Source: an uncultured Candidatus Saccharibacteria bacterium (lineage in GTDB: Bacteria; Patescibacteriota; Minisyncoccia; UBA6257). From it: 64,000 bases of DNA. The stretch is taken from positions 396,901-460,900 of the forward strand of contig CAZUBI010000001.1 of the NCBI GenBank assembly GCA_964618625.1, given 5' to 3'. A program made the position numbers and the translations under genes. The notes under the pieces were generated by a model. That model was not told the origin of the DNA and ran no database searches. It worked only from the letters and a program-made list of their open reading frames with translations. Positions within the stretch are counted from its first letter, which is position 1; each line of letters opens with the position of its first letter. This document shows positions 17,911-26,820 of the stretch, in pieces.

Positions 17911-19062
17911 ATGCCAGAAAATTTTTCTTTACCTTCTAATGTTTCTAATGAAGATTCTGGAGTAAAACCAGAACAATCTTCTGAGCAAGTTCCTGAGAAA
18001 CAGGAACCAGCACAAAGATTTTCTCCCCCACCTTCAAATGTTTTTATAAGAACATCACAGTCAGACTTAGAAAAGATTAAATCTGAAGGAGGGGCAATTT
18101 CAGGAATGCCGCCTCCACCTTCTTCACCGCCTCCCGTTACTCCTACACCTACTCCTGTTCCTCCTATGGAACAGGAACCCAGTGTGCAAGGTGTGCAAGC
18201 AGAGCCTGGTATACAACCAGAACCGGCTTTTTCTGAATCAGAGCCTTCTTTTGCGCCAGAAGCGCCAGTTGGAATATCTGAGTTTCCAACTACTGAGGCA
18301 GAACCTCCACAGAAAAATAAATTATTGCCTTTTATCATTATAGGTGTATTAATTGTGGCAGTAGCTGCATTAGGATATTTTTATCTTTGGCCTAAGTTTT
18401 TTGAAGCTAAACCTGTTGTTACTACTACGACAACCACAACTACAAGTACAACAACTACAACTTTAGCTGCTTCGCCATATCCTCAAATCAGTGGTCCGTT
18501 TCAAAAATCCCTTTTTAATATAGAAATCAGCGGTTCAGACATTGTTAAAGCCATAAAAGATACAGCCACTTCTGAAATGGCTGCTCCTGGAACTTTCAAA
18601 ATTCTTATTCCTAAAGTACACAATGATGCTCTTACAAATGAAGAAGTAGTTCTTTCTCTTATTCCGCAACTGCCAACAAGATTAAAGCCTTATATGTTGG
18701 CCCGTAAATACCTAGTTTATTCTTATTATGGGGAAGTTAATCCATCGCTTGGTTTAATTATTGATATTGGAGAAGAAAGCAAGGAGGAAGTAAAATCTAT
18801 TTTCTTAGCTTGGGAAAAAAGATTAGGAATTTTGAATGATTTAAAAGATTTCTTCCTTGTAAGTATTCCTAAGAAAACTGTTAATGATTTTAAAGAAACT
18901 ACTAATGCAGGTGCAGAAATTCGTTACTTTACTTATTCTGGAGAAGAAGCGGCTATTACTTATGCTTTTTCTGATAAATATCTTATAATGAGTTCTTCTT
19001 TGGAGTCAGTAAATAGCGCTATTTCCCATCTTCAGGGTATAACTGAACCTATCTATCCATAA
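17911..19062 (+). CDS. Hypothetical single-pass membrane protein with a Pro-rich N-terminus and a poly-Thr linker
   Basis: 383 aa; PPPPSSPPPVTPTPTPVPP, TM helix LLPFIIIGVLIVAVAALGYFYLW, TTTTTTTTSTTTTT run, then a globular C-terminal domain. The stop TAA is embedded in repeat family 1. Confidence 0.5.
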   Translation: MPENFSLPSNVSNEDSGVKPEQSSEQVPEKQEPAQRFSPPPSNVFIRTSQSDLEKIKSEGGAISGMPPPPSSPPPVTPTPTPVPPMEQEPSVQGVQAEPGIQPEPAFSESEPSFAPEAPVGISEFPTTEAEPPQKNKLLPFIIIGVLIVAVAALGYFYLWPKFFEAKPVVTTTTTTTTSTTTTTLAASPYPQISGPFQKSLFNIEISGSDIVKAIKDTATSEMAAPGTFKILIPKVHNDALTNEEVVLSLIPQLPTRLKPYMLARKYLVYSYYGEVNPSLGLIIDIGEESKEEVKSIFLAWEKRLGILNDLKDFFLVSIPKKTVNDFKETTNAGAEIRYFTYSGEEAAITYAFSDKYLIMSSSLESVNSAISHLQGITEPIYP

Positions 19063-19107
19063 GAACTTGCTTCGCAGGACCTTGTTTCTCACTTTGCTCG
19101 AAATAAA
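19059..19107 (-). repeat. Dispersed intergenic repeat family 1, copy A (consensus strand is minus)
   Basis: Reverse complement TTTATTTCGAGCAAAGTGAGAAACAAGGTCCTGCGAAGCAAGTTCTTAT. The 32-nt 5' core is shared with 45423, 45978 and 47851. It overlaps the stop codon of 17911..19062. Confidence 0.65.
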
Positions 19108-19145
19108 TTGCTTTTTAGTTTAGTTTAAGATAAAATAGTATTGCT

Positions 19146-20954
19146 ATGAATAAATTAGCTAAGTCTTTTTTAATAGTGTTTCTTCTTTTTTTGGCTCTTT
19201 CTTTACTTTTTTCTGCTATAGAAGGCACGTCTTTAGAGACAAAAAAAGTAAGTTTTTCTGAAGCAATTCAAGCTTTAAGAGAACAAGAAATAACAAAAAT
19301 TGTAATTCATCCTAGCCGCATTAATATTTTTCTTCAGGATGATACTGTTTTAATTACAGAGAGGGAAGTAAACGTTTCTTTTCCAGAAACACTTCAAAGT
19401 TTTGGTTTTTCTTCAGAAGAAATATCTTCTTTAAATATAGAAATTGAAAGTGATGGTGCGTCAGCTATCTTCTTTACTATAATATTGCCGATACTTATTC
19501 CGATTCTTTTAATAGGATTTTTGTTGTTCTACTCTCTTCGTCGTGCTAACCAAGGAGCAATGCAGATTTTTTCTTTTTCTCGTTCTAATATTAAATTATT
19601 TTCTCCTTCTAAAGACAGAATTACTTTTAAAGACGTGGCTGGTTTGAAAGAAAGCAAGGAAGAATTAAAAGAAGTTGTTGAGTTTTTAAAAACTCCAAAG
19701 AAATTCCATGATTTAGGAGCTAAAATTCCTCGTGGCGTTCTTCTAATGGGGCCGCCGGGCTCGGGAAAAACTTTATTAGCCCGTGCAGTGGCAGGGGAGG
19801 CTAAAGTACCTTTTTTTCATATTTCTGGATCAGAATTTGTTGAAATGTTTGTTGGAGTTGGCGCAAGCAGAGTGAGGGATACTTTTGCTACAGCTAAAAA
19901 AGCAGCCCCTTCAATTTTGTTTATTGATGAAATAGACGCTATTGGTAGAGTAAGAGGCGCTGGTATTGGTGGAGGTCATGATGAAAGGGAACAAACATTG
20001 AACCAGATTTTAGTTGAAATGGATGGTTTTGACAGAGATACTAAAACCATAGTTATTGCGGCGACAAATAGACCAGATGTTTTAGACCCTGCTTTATTAC
20101 GCCCAGGGCGTTTTGATAGACGGGTGATTTTAGATTTACCTAGTATTAATGATAGGGAAAAGATATTAGAAATTCATGTTAAGGGGAAAAGTTTGGCTCC
20201 ATTAGTTAATTTAAGAGAAATAGCAGAACGAACTCCAGGCTTTTCTGGTGCTGATTTAGCTAATTTAACAAATGAGTCTGCTATTTTGGCAGCTAGAAGG
20301 AATCAAAAAACTATTACTCAGAAGGAATTATTAGATTCTATAGAAAAAGTTATTTTAGGGCCAGAAAGAAGAAGTAGGGTTTTAACAAAGAAAGAAAAAG
20401 AAATTACTGCTTATCATGAAGCTGGTCATGCTTTAATATCCGCTTTACTTCCTAATACAGCTCGTGTAAGAAAAATTTCTATTATAACGCGCGGAAGAGC
20501 AGCTGGTTATACAATGCGAATGCCAACTGAAGAAAAATATATGAAAACTCGCTCAGAATTTTTAGATGATTTGTGTGCTCTTTTAGGAGGATATGCAGCT
20601 GAAGAGATTAAATTTAAAGAAATATCAACAGGTGCGGCGAATGATTTAAAAGAAGCAACAGATATAGCAAGAGGGATAGTAACTAAATATGGGATGAGTA
20701 AGAAAATGGGACCAATTTCTTTTGGTAGGACAGAAGAATTGATATTTTTAGGCAGAGATATTTCTACTGAGAGACAATATTCAGAAGAAACTGCAGCGAA
20801 AATAGATAAAGAAGTAATTAGTATTCTTAAAAAGTGTTACAATAACACAAAACGGTTACTAAAGAAAAATATAGATAAGCTGGAAAAAGTTACTAAAGAA
20901 TTGATGAAGAAAGAAACTTTGGAAAAAGAAGAATTTGAAAAATTGGTAAAGTAG
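19146..20954 (+). CDS. ftsH: ATP-dependent zinc metalloprotease FtsH
   Basis: 602 aa; N-terminal TM segments, AAA Walker A GPPGSGKT, second region of homology, zinc motif HEAGHAL. Confidence 0.95.
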   Translation: MNKLAKSFLIVFLLFLALSLLFSAIEGTSLETKKVSFSEAIQALREQEITKIVIHPSRINIFLQDDTVLITEREVNVSFPETLQSFGFSSEEISSLNIEIESDGASAIFFTIILPILIPILLIGFLLFYSLRRANQGAMQIFSFSRSNIKLFSPSKDRITFKDVAGLKESKEELKEVVEFLKTPKKFHDLGAKIPRGVLLMGPPGSGKTLLARAVAGEAKVPFFHISGSEFVEMFVGVGASRVRDTFATAKKAAPSILFIDEIDAIGRVRGAGIGGGHDEREQTLNQILVEMDGFDRDTKTIVIAATNRPDVLDPALLRPGRFDRRVILDLPSINDREKILEIHVKGKSLAPLVNLREIAERTPGFSGADLANLTNESAILAARRNQKTITQKELLDSIEKVILGPERRSRVLTKKEKEITAYHEAGHALISALLPNTARVRKISIITRGRAAGYTMRMPTEEKYMKTRSEFLDDLCALLGGYAAEEIKFKEISTGAANDLKEATDIARGIVTKYGMSKKMGPISFGRTEELIFLGRDISTERQYSEETAAKIDKEVISILKKCYNNTKRLLKKNIDKLEKVTKELMKKETLEKEEFEKLVK

Positions 20955-20965
20955 CTAGTTTTTAT

Positions 20966-20994
20966 TTGTTCTTTAAAAATATTAGTGGTATAAT
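20966..20994 (+). promoter_or_regulatory. Putative promoter (TTGTTC-N17-TGgTATAAT) for the 21041 gene, overlapped by the inverted repeat ATGAAC-N8-GTTCAT (20993-21012)
   Basis: Extended -10 TGgTATAAT at 20986-20994. The 6-bp inverted repeat spans the predicted +1 region and is candidate operator-like. Confidence 0.35.
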
Positions 20995-21040
20995 GAACCT
21001 GGGACTGTTCATGAAATAGATATAATCTAAAGGTTTAATT

Positions 21041-21715
21041 ATGGCACGTTTTAAAGATCGCGAAAAAGCGATAATTTTGAGAAAGCAAGGGATGAGTTAT
21101 AGCCAGATAAAGAAGATTTTAAAAGTATGTAAAGGTACTTTAAGCACTTGGCTCAGGAATTATCCCCTTCCAGAAGCGAGAATAAGACAATTAAGGGATT
21201 GGAGTGAACAAAGAATTGAAAGATGCCGTGAAACAAAGAGAAAAAAGAAGGAAAGAAGACTAGAGGGTTTTTATCAAGAACAAAAAGAATTTATTTTTCC
21301 TTTTAATAAACGTGAATTATATCTCGCAGGTTTATTTCTCTATTGGGGAGAGGGAGCAAAAACTAGAATGACTGAATTGTCTATTTCCAATACAGATCCT
21401 TCTGTCATTAAACTTTTCCTTTTTTGGTTTACAAAATCTTTGCTAGTTCCAAAAGAAAGAATTAAAATTGGATTGCATTTGTATAAAGATATGAATATTA
21501 GTAAAGAGATAAATTTTTGGTCAGATATTTTGAAAATTCCTCTAAAACAATTTTATAAACCTTATATAAAAAAAAGTTTACTCAAATCTATAAATCATAA
21601 AGGAGGATTTGGTCATGGTACTTGTAATATAAGAGTTTCAGATGCAAGGCTTTCAGAGAAGATATTGATGGCTCTAAAAGTAATTAGCGATAAATATAAT
21701 AAAATGCGCACGTAG
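21041..21715 (+). CDS. HTH + divergent LAGLIDADG-like (LAGLFLYWGEGAK) protein
   Basis: 224 aa; N-terminal HTH-like KQGMSYSQIKKILKVCKGTLSTWL; single LAGLIDADG-like motif YLAGLFLYWGEGAK with E replacing D. The 3' end overlaps tRNA-Ile by 10 nt. Confidence 0.5.
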   Translation: MARFKDREKAIILRKQGMSYSQIKKILKVCKGTLSTWLRNYPLPEARIRQLRDWSEQRIERCRETKRKKKERRLEGFYQEQKEFIFPFNKRELYLAGLFLYWGEGAKTRMTELSISNTDPSVIKLFLFWFTKSLLVPKERIKIGLHLYKDMNISKEINFWSDILKIPLKQFYKPYIKKSLLKSINHKGGFGHGTCNIRVSDARLSEKILMALKVISDKYNKMRT

Positions 21716-21781
21716 CTCAGTGGTAGAGCAGGGTCCTTATAAGGCCAAGGTTCGCAGGTTCGATCCCTGCCGTGCGCACCA
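21706..21781 (+). tRNA. tRNA-Ile(UAU) (rare AUA-decoding anticodon), CCA encoded
   Basis: GCGCACGTAGCTCAGTGGTAGAGCAGGGTCCTTATAAGGCCAAGGTTCGCAGGTTCGATCCCTGCCGTGCGCACCA. Anticodon loop CTTATAA (U33, UAU, A37). Confidence 0.6.
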
Positions 21782-21783
21782 GA

Positions 21784-21857
21784 GGGTGATTAGCTCAGTG
21801 GTTTAGAGTGCTTCGTTGACATCGAAGAGGTCGCTGGTTCAATTCCAGCATCACCCA
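21784..21857 (+). tRNA. tRNA-Val(GAC)
   Basis: GGGTGATTAGCTCAGTGGTTTAGAGTGCTTCGTTGACATCGAAGAGGTCGCTGGTTCAATTCCAGCATCACCCA. Anticodon loop TTGACAT. Confidence 0.85.
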
Positions 21858-21888
21858 CAAAATTGCCTAGTATTAGGTGATTTTTTAT

Positions 21889-21918
21889 TTGTTAAGTAAT
21901 ATCTGTTTTTGTTATAAT
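21889..21918 (+). promoter_or_regulatory. Promoter module TTGTTA-N18-TATAAT, copy 1 of 2
   Basis: TTTTTTATTTGTTAAGTAATATCTGTTTT is repeated at 23746-23774; both copies are followed by a -10 hexamer (TATAAT / TATACT). Confidence 0.45.
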
Positions 21919-22008
21919 GTTAGTAAGTTTTGATGGTTTTACAACTAAATCCACGAATCTTGGAGAGGTTGATTTTTAAGTAAGTTTTTTTGAATGCGCA
22001 TTTAAAAC

Positions 22009-22572
22009 TTGTTATCCGTAATTTTCTCGGGTGCCTTTTGTGCAGGCTCCTTTTCAAAAGAATTAAAAATATTGAAGATAAACTATCATAATATGAGCAA
22101 TATCGAAATCCTACAATACAAAAACCATAAGTTTATGTTTATAGATGGCCGTTTATGGATGTGGGATACTCCAGAAGAAAGAGAACTTCAAAAAGAATTG
22201 GGCGAACAAGCTTTTGGAGATGTTTTAATAGCTGGTTATGGTTTTGGAATTTTAACCGAATTTTCGATGAAAAATCCTAAAGTAAATTCTGTTACAACAG
22301 TTGAGAAATATCAAGAAGTAATTAAAAAAATGAAAGAGTTTAGTAAAATACATGGTAAAATTATAATTAGTGATTTTTACACTCTGTCAGAAAATCAAAA
22401 ATTCAACTGTATTATTAGTGATATTTGGCCAGATATTGATGCAAAATTTCTAAAAGATTATGTAAAATTCAAAAAGAAAGCTAAAAGACTTTTGAAAAGA
22501 AATGGGCTCATCTTAGCATATGGTAAAGATTTTTTTGAATATTTACTAAAAAACAAAATTAAAAAGTCATAA
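22009..22572 (+). CDS. Minimal spermidine-synthase-like aminopropyltransferase (likely start at Met28, nt 22090)
   Basis: FIDGRLWMWDTPEERELQKELGEQAF, VLIAGYGFGILTE and KFNCIISDIWPD align to the PABS N-terminal / SAM-binding / active-site regions of SpeE, but the protein is only ~160 aa. Confidence 0.5.
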   Translation: MLSVIFSGAFCAGSFSKELKILKINYHNMSNIEILQYKNHKFMFIDGRLWMWDTPEERELQKELGEQAFGDVLIAGYGFGILTEFSMKNPKVNSVTTVEKYQEVIKKMKEFSKIHGKIIISDFYTLSENQKFNCIISDIWPDIDAKFLKDYVKFKKKAKRLLKRNGLILAYGKDFFEYLLKNKIKKS

Positions 22573-22573
22573 A

Positions 22574-22927
22574 ATGAAAGACGGTACTCATTTAATTCTT
22601 GATTTGAAAGAATGCAAAAATGTAGATAATCTTTCAAATGAAAGGTTTATAAAAAACCTTATTCTTGATTTAATAAAAATTACGGGGATGAAAGCTATAA
22701 CAAAACCAAGCGTGTTATACTACGAACATAAAGAGAAAAAAGAAAGTGGTATCACAGGATTTGTAATAATTTCTGACAGTCATACAAGTATTCATGCCTA
22801 CCCCTTCAAGAAATCTTTATATCTTGATTTATTTTCATGTAGAAATTTTGGTTCCAAAGAAATAATTAACTGTATAAAAGAAATATTTAAACCAGAAAAA
22901 TTAACAAAAAGAATAATTAGAAGATAA
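22574..22927 (+). CDS. speD: S-adenosylmethionine decarboxylase proenzyme, class 1b (pyruvoyl-dependent)
   Basis: 117 aa; GFVIISDSHTSIHAYPF...YLDLFSC aligns to B. subtilis SpeD GVVIISESHLTIHSFPE...IDVYTCG, including the cleavage Ser. Confidence 0.8.
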   Translation: MKDGTHLILDLKECKNVDNLSNERFIKNLILDLIKITGMKAITKPSVLYYEHKEKKESGITGFVIISDSHTSIHAYPFKKSLYLDLFSCRNFGSKEIINCIKEIFKPEKLTKRIIRR

Positions 22928-23004
22928 TATTTTTGGTGTTCTTGGAGATTCGGAGGCGCCCTTAAAACCAAATTTTTATAAATAAAGAAGAATAAAGAAA
23001 TATT

Positions 23005-23616
23005 ATGGAACAGGAGACAAAGTTTATAATTTTAGCATCGTTATTTGTCACATTTTTAATGACCGCTGTATTAACTGGATCAAAAATAGTTGAATTTCTT
23101 GGATTAACTTTTTCAGCTGGAACTTTAGCAGCCTCACTAACTTATCCAATAACAGATGTTATTTGTGAAGTATGGGGAAAAGCTAAAGCAAGGAAAGTAA
23201 TATTTGCAGCTTTGATTTGTTGGATAGTTGTACTAATTTTACTTTACATATCAATAATGGCTCCTCCTGCTTCTTTCTGGAAACTGCAGGCAGCTTATGC
23301 AAAAATTTTTAGCACAAGTATGCGGCTTATTTTAGCAGGATTTATAGCTTACACTGTTGCACAATTTCATGATATTTGGGCCTTTATGTTTTGGAGAGAG
23401 AAAACAAAAGGAAGACATCTCTGGTTAAGGAATAATCTTAGTACTATTATGAGCCAATTGTTGAATACAATCATAATAGTAATGATTGGTTTTTATGGCT
23501 TAATTCCGCATACTGCAATAATACCAACAATATTTGGATGGTGGTTGATTAAAATTTTAATTGCTGTTTGTGATACACCCGCTGTTTATTTACTGGTAAA
23601 ATGGGCAAAGAAATAA
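23005..23616 (+). CDS. yhhQ: Queuosine-precursor transporter, YhhQ/VUT family (DUF165)
   Basis: 203 aa; about six TM segments; conserved LTYPITDVICEVWG motif. Confidence 0.65.
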   Translation: MEQETKFIILASLFVTFLMTAVLTGSKIVEFLGLTFSAGTLAASLTYPITDVICEVWGKAKARKVIFAALICWIVVLILLYISIMAPPASFWKLQAAYAKIFSTSMRLILAGFIAYTVAQFHDIWAFMFWREKTKGRHLWLRNNLSTIMSQLLNTIIIVMIGFYGLIPHTAIIPTIFGWWLIKILIAVCDTPAVYLLVKWAKK

Positions 23617-23753
23617 TTTCATCGTGTCACCTTGCACCACAAAAATTCAATTTTTCCTAATCACAATATTATACGCTGTGAATTTCTAAAAATTAGAAAG
23701 ATTATGTAAGAAATCTACGCCTCATATTTACTCGCTAACAGCGGGTTTTTTAT

Positions 23754-23782
23754 TTGTTAAGTAATATCTGTTTTGCTATACT
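23754..23782 (+). promoter_or_regulatory. Promoter module TTGTTA-N17-TATACT, copy 2 of 2
   Basis: Same 29-nt module as at 21885. The ORF-track TTG start at 23754 is part of this element; the real start is ATG 23793. Confidence 0.45.
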
Positions 23783-23792
23783 GATAAAAACT

Positions 23793-24983
23793 ATGAAGAT
23801 ATTTTATGCTCTAGAGACTTTTTTACCCCATATTTCTGGCGTAACAATTTCTACAGAGAGATTGGCTGATTATTTTAGTCAGAATAAAAAAAATAAGGTC
23901 TATATAATTACTGCCTCACCTGATGGGGATTTTCAAATTGATTCAGATTCCCATAATTATACTATTATACGGATTAAATCTCATCCAAATCCTATAAGAA
24001 AAAAATTAAAAGTCAGTTATTTAGCTTCATTGCATATTAGAAAAATATTAGATGATTTTAAGCCCGATGTTATTCATCTTCAGGATCCTTTTTTTATTTC
24101 TCAATCTTTGGCTTTTGAAGCAAAAAAAAGAAAGATTCCTGTAGTTCTTACGCAACATAGTTCTTTAAAATTCCCTTTGTCATATTTAAAATTGCCCAAA
24201 TTTTTACAAAAAACTACAGAAAAAACAATGGCAAAAGTTTTAGCGGTTTTTATTAACAATTATTGTAAAATTTTAATTACGCCAAGTGAATTTATTAAAG
24301 AGCAGGCAATTAAATGGGAGATAAATATTCCAGTGGAAGTTATTTCTAATGGAGTCAATCTTGATGCTTTTGCAAAAAGTCGGATTTCCGAAGAATTTTT
24401 AAAAAAATATAAGATCGAAGATTTTATTTCCAGACCGATTGTTTTTTATAGCGGACGCATTGATAAAGATAAAAATTTAGAGACGCTTATTAAAGCAATT
24501 CCATTGGTTTTAAAAGAAGTTGATGTTAATTTTCTTTTTTTAGGGGGCGGTGACTTAAAAGAAGAATTGATTTGCCAATTGGCGGATAAAGACTATTCTT
24601 TTAAAGAAAACGTGTGTTTTTTAGGACCTATCGAGTCCCAAGATCCAGATTTGACGAAATTTTATCGCTTAGCCACTCTTTTTGTAATGCCATCTCCAAT
24701 TGAAGCTCAAAGTTTGGCAACAATGGAAGCAATGGCCTCTGGCCTGCCTGTTGTTGCCGCTAAAAAAGGAGCTTTGCCAGAATTGATAAAAAACAGGGAA
24801 AATGGATTTTTAGTAGAAGCGTTTAATCCAAAAGGATACGCTGAAGCGATTATAGAAATTATTAAAAACAAAAATTTAAGGAGAAAATTAGAAAAAAAGA
24901 GCTTGGAATTAATTACTTCTCATGATTTTGAAAAAACTTTTCAAAAAATAAAAAAGATTTATGCCAAAAATTATAAAAGTTGA
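23793..24983 (+). CDS. GT4-family glycosyltransferase (start reassigned to ATG 23793)
   Basis: MKIFYALETFLPHISGV...; C-terminal EAQSLATMEAMASGLPVVA (E-x7-E motif). Confidence 0.75.
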   Translation: MKIFYALETFLPHISGVTISTERLADYFSQNKKNKVYIITASPDGDFQIDSDSHNYTIIRIKSHPNPIRKKLKVSYLASLHIRKILDDFKPDVIHLQDPFFISQSLAFEAKKRKIPVVLTQHSSLKFPLSYLKLPKFLQKTTEKTMAKVLAVFINNYCKILITPSEFIKEQAIKWEINIPVEVISNGVNLDAFAKSRISEEFLKKYKIEDFISRPIVFYSGRIDKDKNLETLIKAIPLVLKEVDVNFLFLGGGDLKEELICQLADKDYSFKENVCFLGPIESQDPDLTKFYRLATLFVMPSPIEAQSLATMEAMASGLPVVAAKKGALPELIKNRENGFLVEAFNPKGYAEAIIEIIKNKNLRRKLEKKSLELITSHDFEKTFQKIKKIYAKNYKS

Positions 24984-25962
24984 AAAGCTTTCCAAGCCTA
25001 TTCGCATAGATAAATATTTAAAGAAGGAAATAAAGGATATTTCCCGTGAAAAGATTATTTATTGCATTAAAGAAGGGAAAATAAAAATTAAAGGCAAAAC
25101 TAAAATTAAGCCAAGTTTTATTTTAAAGGGAGAAGAAAAAATCGTGTTAGAAATTTCCAATTTTCTAAACTCAACTAAAAAATCATTTTCAATAAAACCT
25201 CAGTTTGTCTTTCCTGAACCAAAAATCTTGTATGAGGATAAAGATTTATTAATTATTGATAAACCCGCAGGAATAATAGTTCATTCGACTATTAATAATA
25301 TTAATAATCCATCAATTGCAAGCTGGTTTTTACAAAAATATCCTTTTGTTTCCAATGTGGGTGACCCTTCGACAGGCTCAGGGCAGGCTCCTTCGGTAAA
25401 CTTAGGGCAAGAGAATTTGCGGCCTGGTATTGTGCATCGTTTAGATAAAGAAACATCAGGTACGCTCATTCTTGCTAAGAATAATTTTATATTTAATTAT
25501 TTAAAAAATCTTTTCAAAACAAGAAAAATAAAAAAGAAATACATTGCGTTAGTGAAAGGAGAAATTAAAAAACAGCAAGGGACAATAAATTTGCCTTTAA
25601 TACGCTCTAAAAGATTACCCATGAAAAGGAAAGTTGTGATCAAAAAAGATAAAGGAAAGATTGCTTTAACAAAATATAAGGTTCTAAAACTATATAAAGG
25701 ATATACACTTCTAGAGATTTTTCCTAAAACTGGCCGGACTCATCAAATAAGGGTACATTTAGCAAGTATTGGTTTTCCTGTGGTTGGCGATAAGATGTAT
25801 GGTAAGCCGAAAAAATTAAATAAATTAAATTTATCTCACCATTTTCTTCATGCTCAAACAATTTCTTTTGTTTTGCCTTCTGGAGAGTCCATTAAAATAC
25901 GAGCGCCTTTACCAGAGGATTTAAAGAATATATTGCAACAAATAGAGCCTAAAGTTGACTAA
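24961..25962 (+). CDS. rluD: RluA-family 23S rRNA pseudouridine synthase (RluD-like)
   Basis: N-terminal S4-like domain; catalytic motif GIVHRLDKETSGTLILAK. Carries a ~20-aa GC-rich insertion (DPSTGSGQAPSVNLGQENL). Overlaps the upstream gene by 23 nt. Confidence 0.8.
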   Translation: MPKIIKVEKLSKPIRIDKYLKKEIKDISREKIIYCIKEGKIKIKGKTKIKPSFILKGEEKIVLEISNFLNSTKKSFSIKPQFVFPEPKILYEDKDLLIIDKPAGIIVHSTINNINNPSIASWFLQKYPFVSNVGDPSTGSGQAPSVNLGQENLRPGIVHRLDKETSGTLILAKNNFIFNYLKNLFKTRKIKKKYIALVKGEIKKQQGTINLPLIRSKRLPMKRKVVIKKDKGKIALTKYKVLKLYKGYTLLEIFPKTGRTHQIRVHLASIGFPVVGDKMYGKPKKLNKLNLSHHFLHAQTISFVLPSGESIKIRAPLPEDLKNILQQIEPKVD

Positions 25963-26010
25963 AGCCATTTATCCGTGTTAGAGTAATGATAATCAACTTG
26001 ATTTATTAAT

Positions 26011-26334
26011 ATGATTGAAATAAAAGCAGAAGGAATAAAGCCCGGAATGTATATTAAGATTTCCCAGAGAATTAAAGATGGAGATAAAGAAAAAACACAG
26101 CATATAGAAGGGTTAGTAATAGCAAGAAAGCATGGCAAAGAACCAGGCGCCACCATTACTATAAGAAGAATAATGGACGGAATAGGTGTGGAATGGATAT
26201 TACCGGTTTTTTCTCCAAAAATAAAAAAGATTGAATTAGTTAGAGCTGCTCGAGTAAGGAGGGCAAAATTGTATTTTCTTAGGGATAAATCTCAGAAACA
26301 GATTCGCGCCAAATTGAAAAAGGAGGTCAAATGA
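26011..26334 (+). CDS. rplS: 50S ribosomal protein L19
   Basis: 107 aa; canonical L19 (KPGMYIKISQRIKDG...HIEGLVIARKHGK...TITIRRI). Confidence 0.9.
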   Translation: MIEIKAEGIKPGMYIKISQRIKDGDKEKTQHIEGLVIARKHGKEPGATITIRRIMDGIGVEWILPVFSPKIKKIELVRAARVRRAKLYFLRDKSQKQIRAKLKKEVK

Positions 26335-26604
26335 TAATAAACTGAATATTTCTCCCTTCACTCCTTCATTCCAGCAGAGACAAATTAAGCTCGAAATATA
26401 GTTTTCGAAAACGTCCAAAATCCCCAGCGAGGATTTTAGGACTCGCCAAACCTCCTCGCTCTCCGCCAGCTGGCGGAACCATGCCCGCTCGTCGGCTTGA
26501 GCGTTTCTCAAACTACATTTTCTCGCTTCTTTCACTAATGTCGTTCAGGAAGAAATATTCAATTTATATTAAGAATTATTGGAGAACCGAAATAGTATAA
26601 TTTT

Positions 26605-26692
26605 GCGCGGGTGCTGTAACTTGGTAGCCAGGCAGGATTGAGGTTCCTGTGTCCGTAAGGACGTGGAGGTTCGAGTCCTCTCCCGCGCACCA
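26605..26692 (+). tRNA. tRNA-Leu(GAG), long variable arm, CCA encoded
   Basis: GCGCGGGTGCTGTAACTTGGTAGCCAGGCAGGATTGAGGTTCCTGTGTCCGTAAGGACGTGGAGGTTCGAGTCCTCTCCCGCGCACCA. Confidence 0.8.
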
Positions 26693-26820
26693 GTAAGGAA
26701 TTTTGTCTACTCCGTAGCCAACCGAAAATTCTACTATTGGGTGGCGAAAAATCAGTTAATGATTTTGTGCCAGCGGAACTGAAAACAAAAGAAAATTTTT
26801 AAATACATTCAACAAAAACT

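Noticed and set aside
17895-18338. 147-aa minus-strand ORF rich in Gly/Ser/Cys
   Set aside because: Antisense to the Pro/Thr-rich region of 17911..19062; compositional artefact.
26236-26535. 99-aa minus-strand ORF in the GC-rich rplS/tRNA-Leu spacer
   Set aside because: It overlaps the rplS 3' end and a hairpin-dense GC island; no coding signature. Treated as a candidate structured-RNA region instead.
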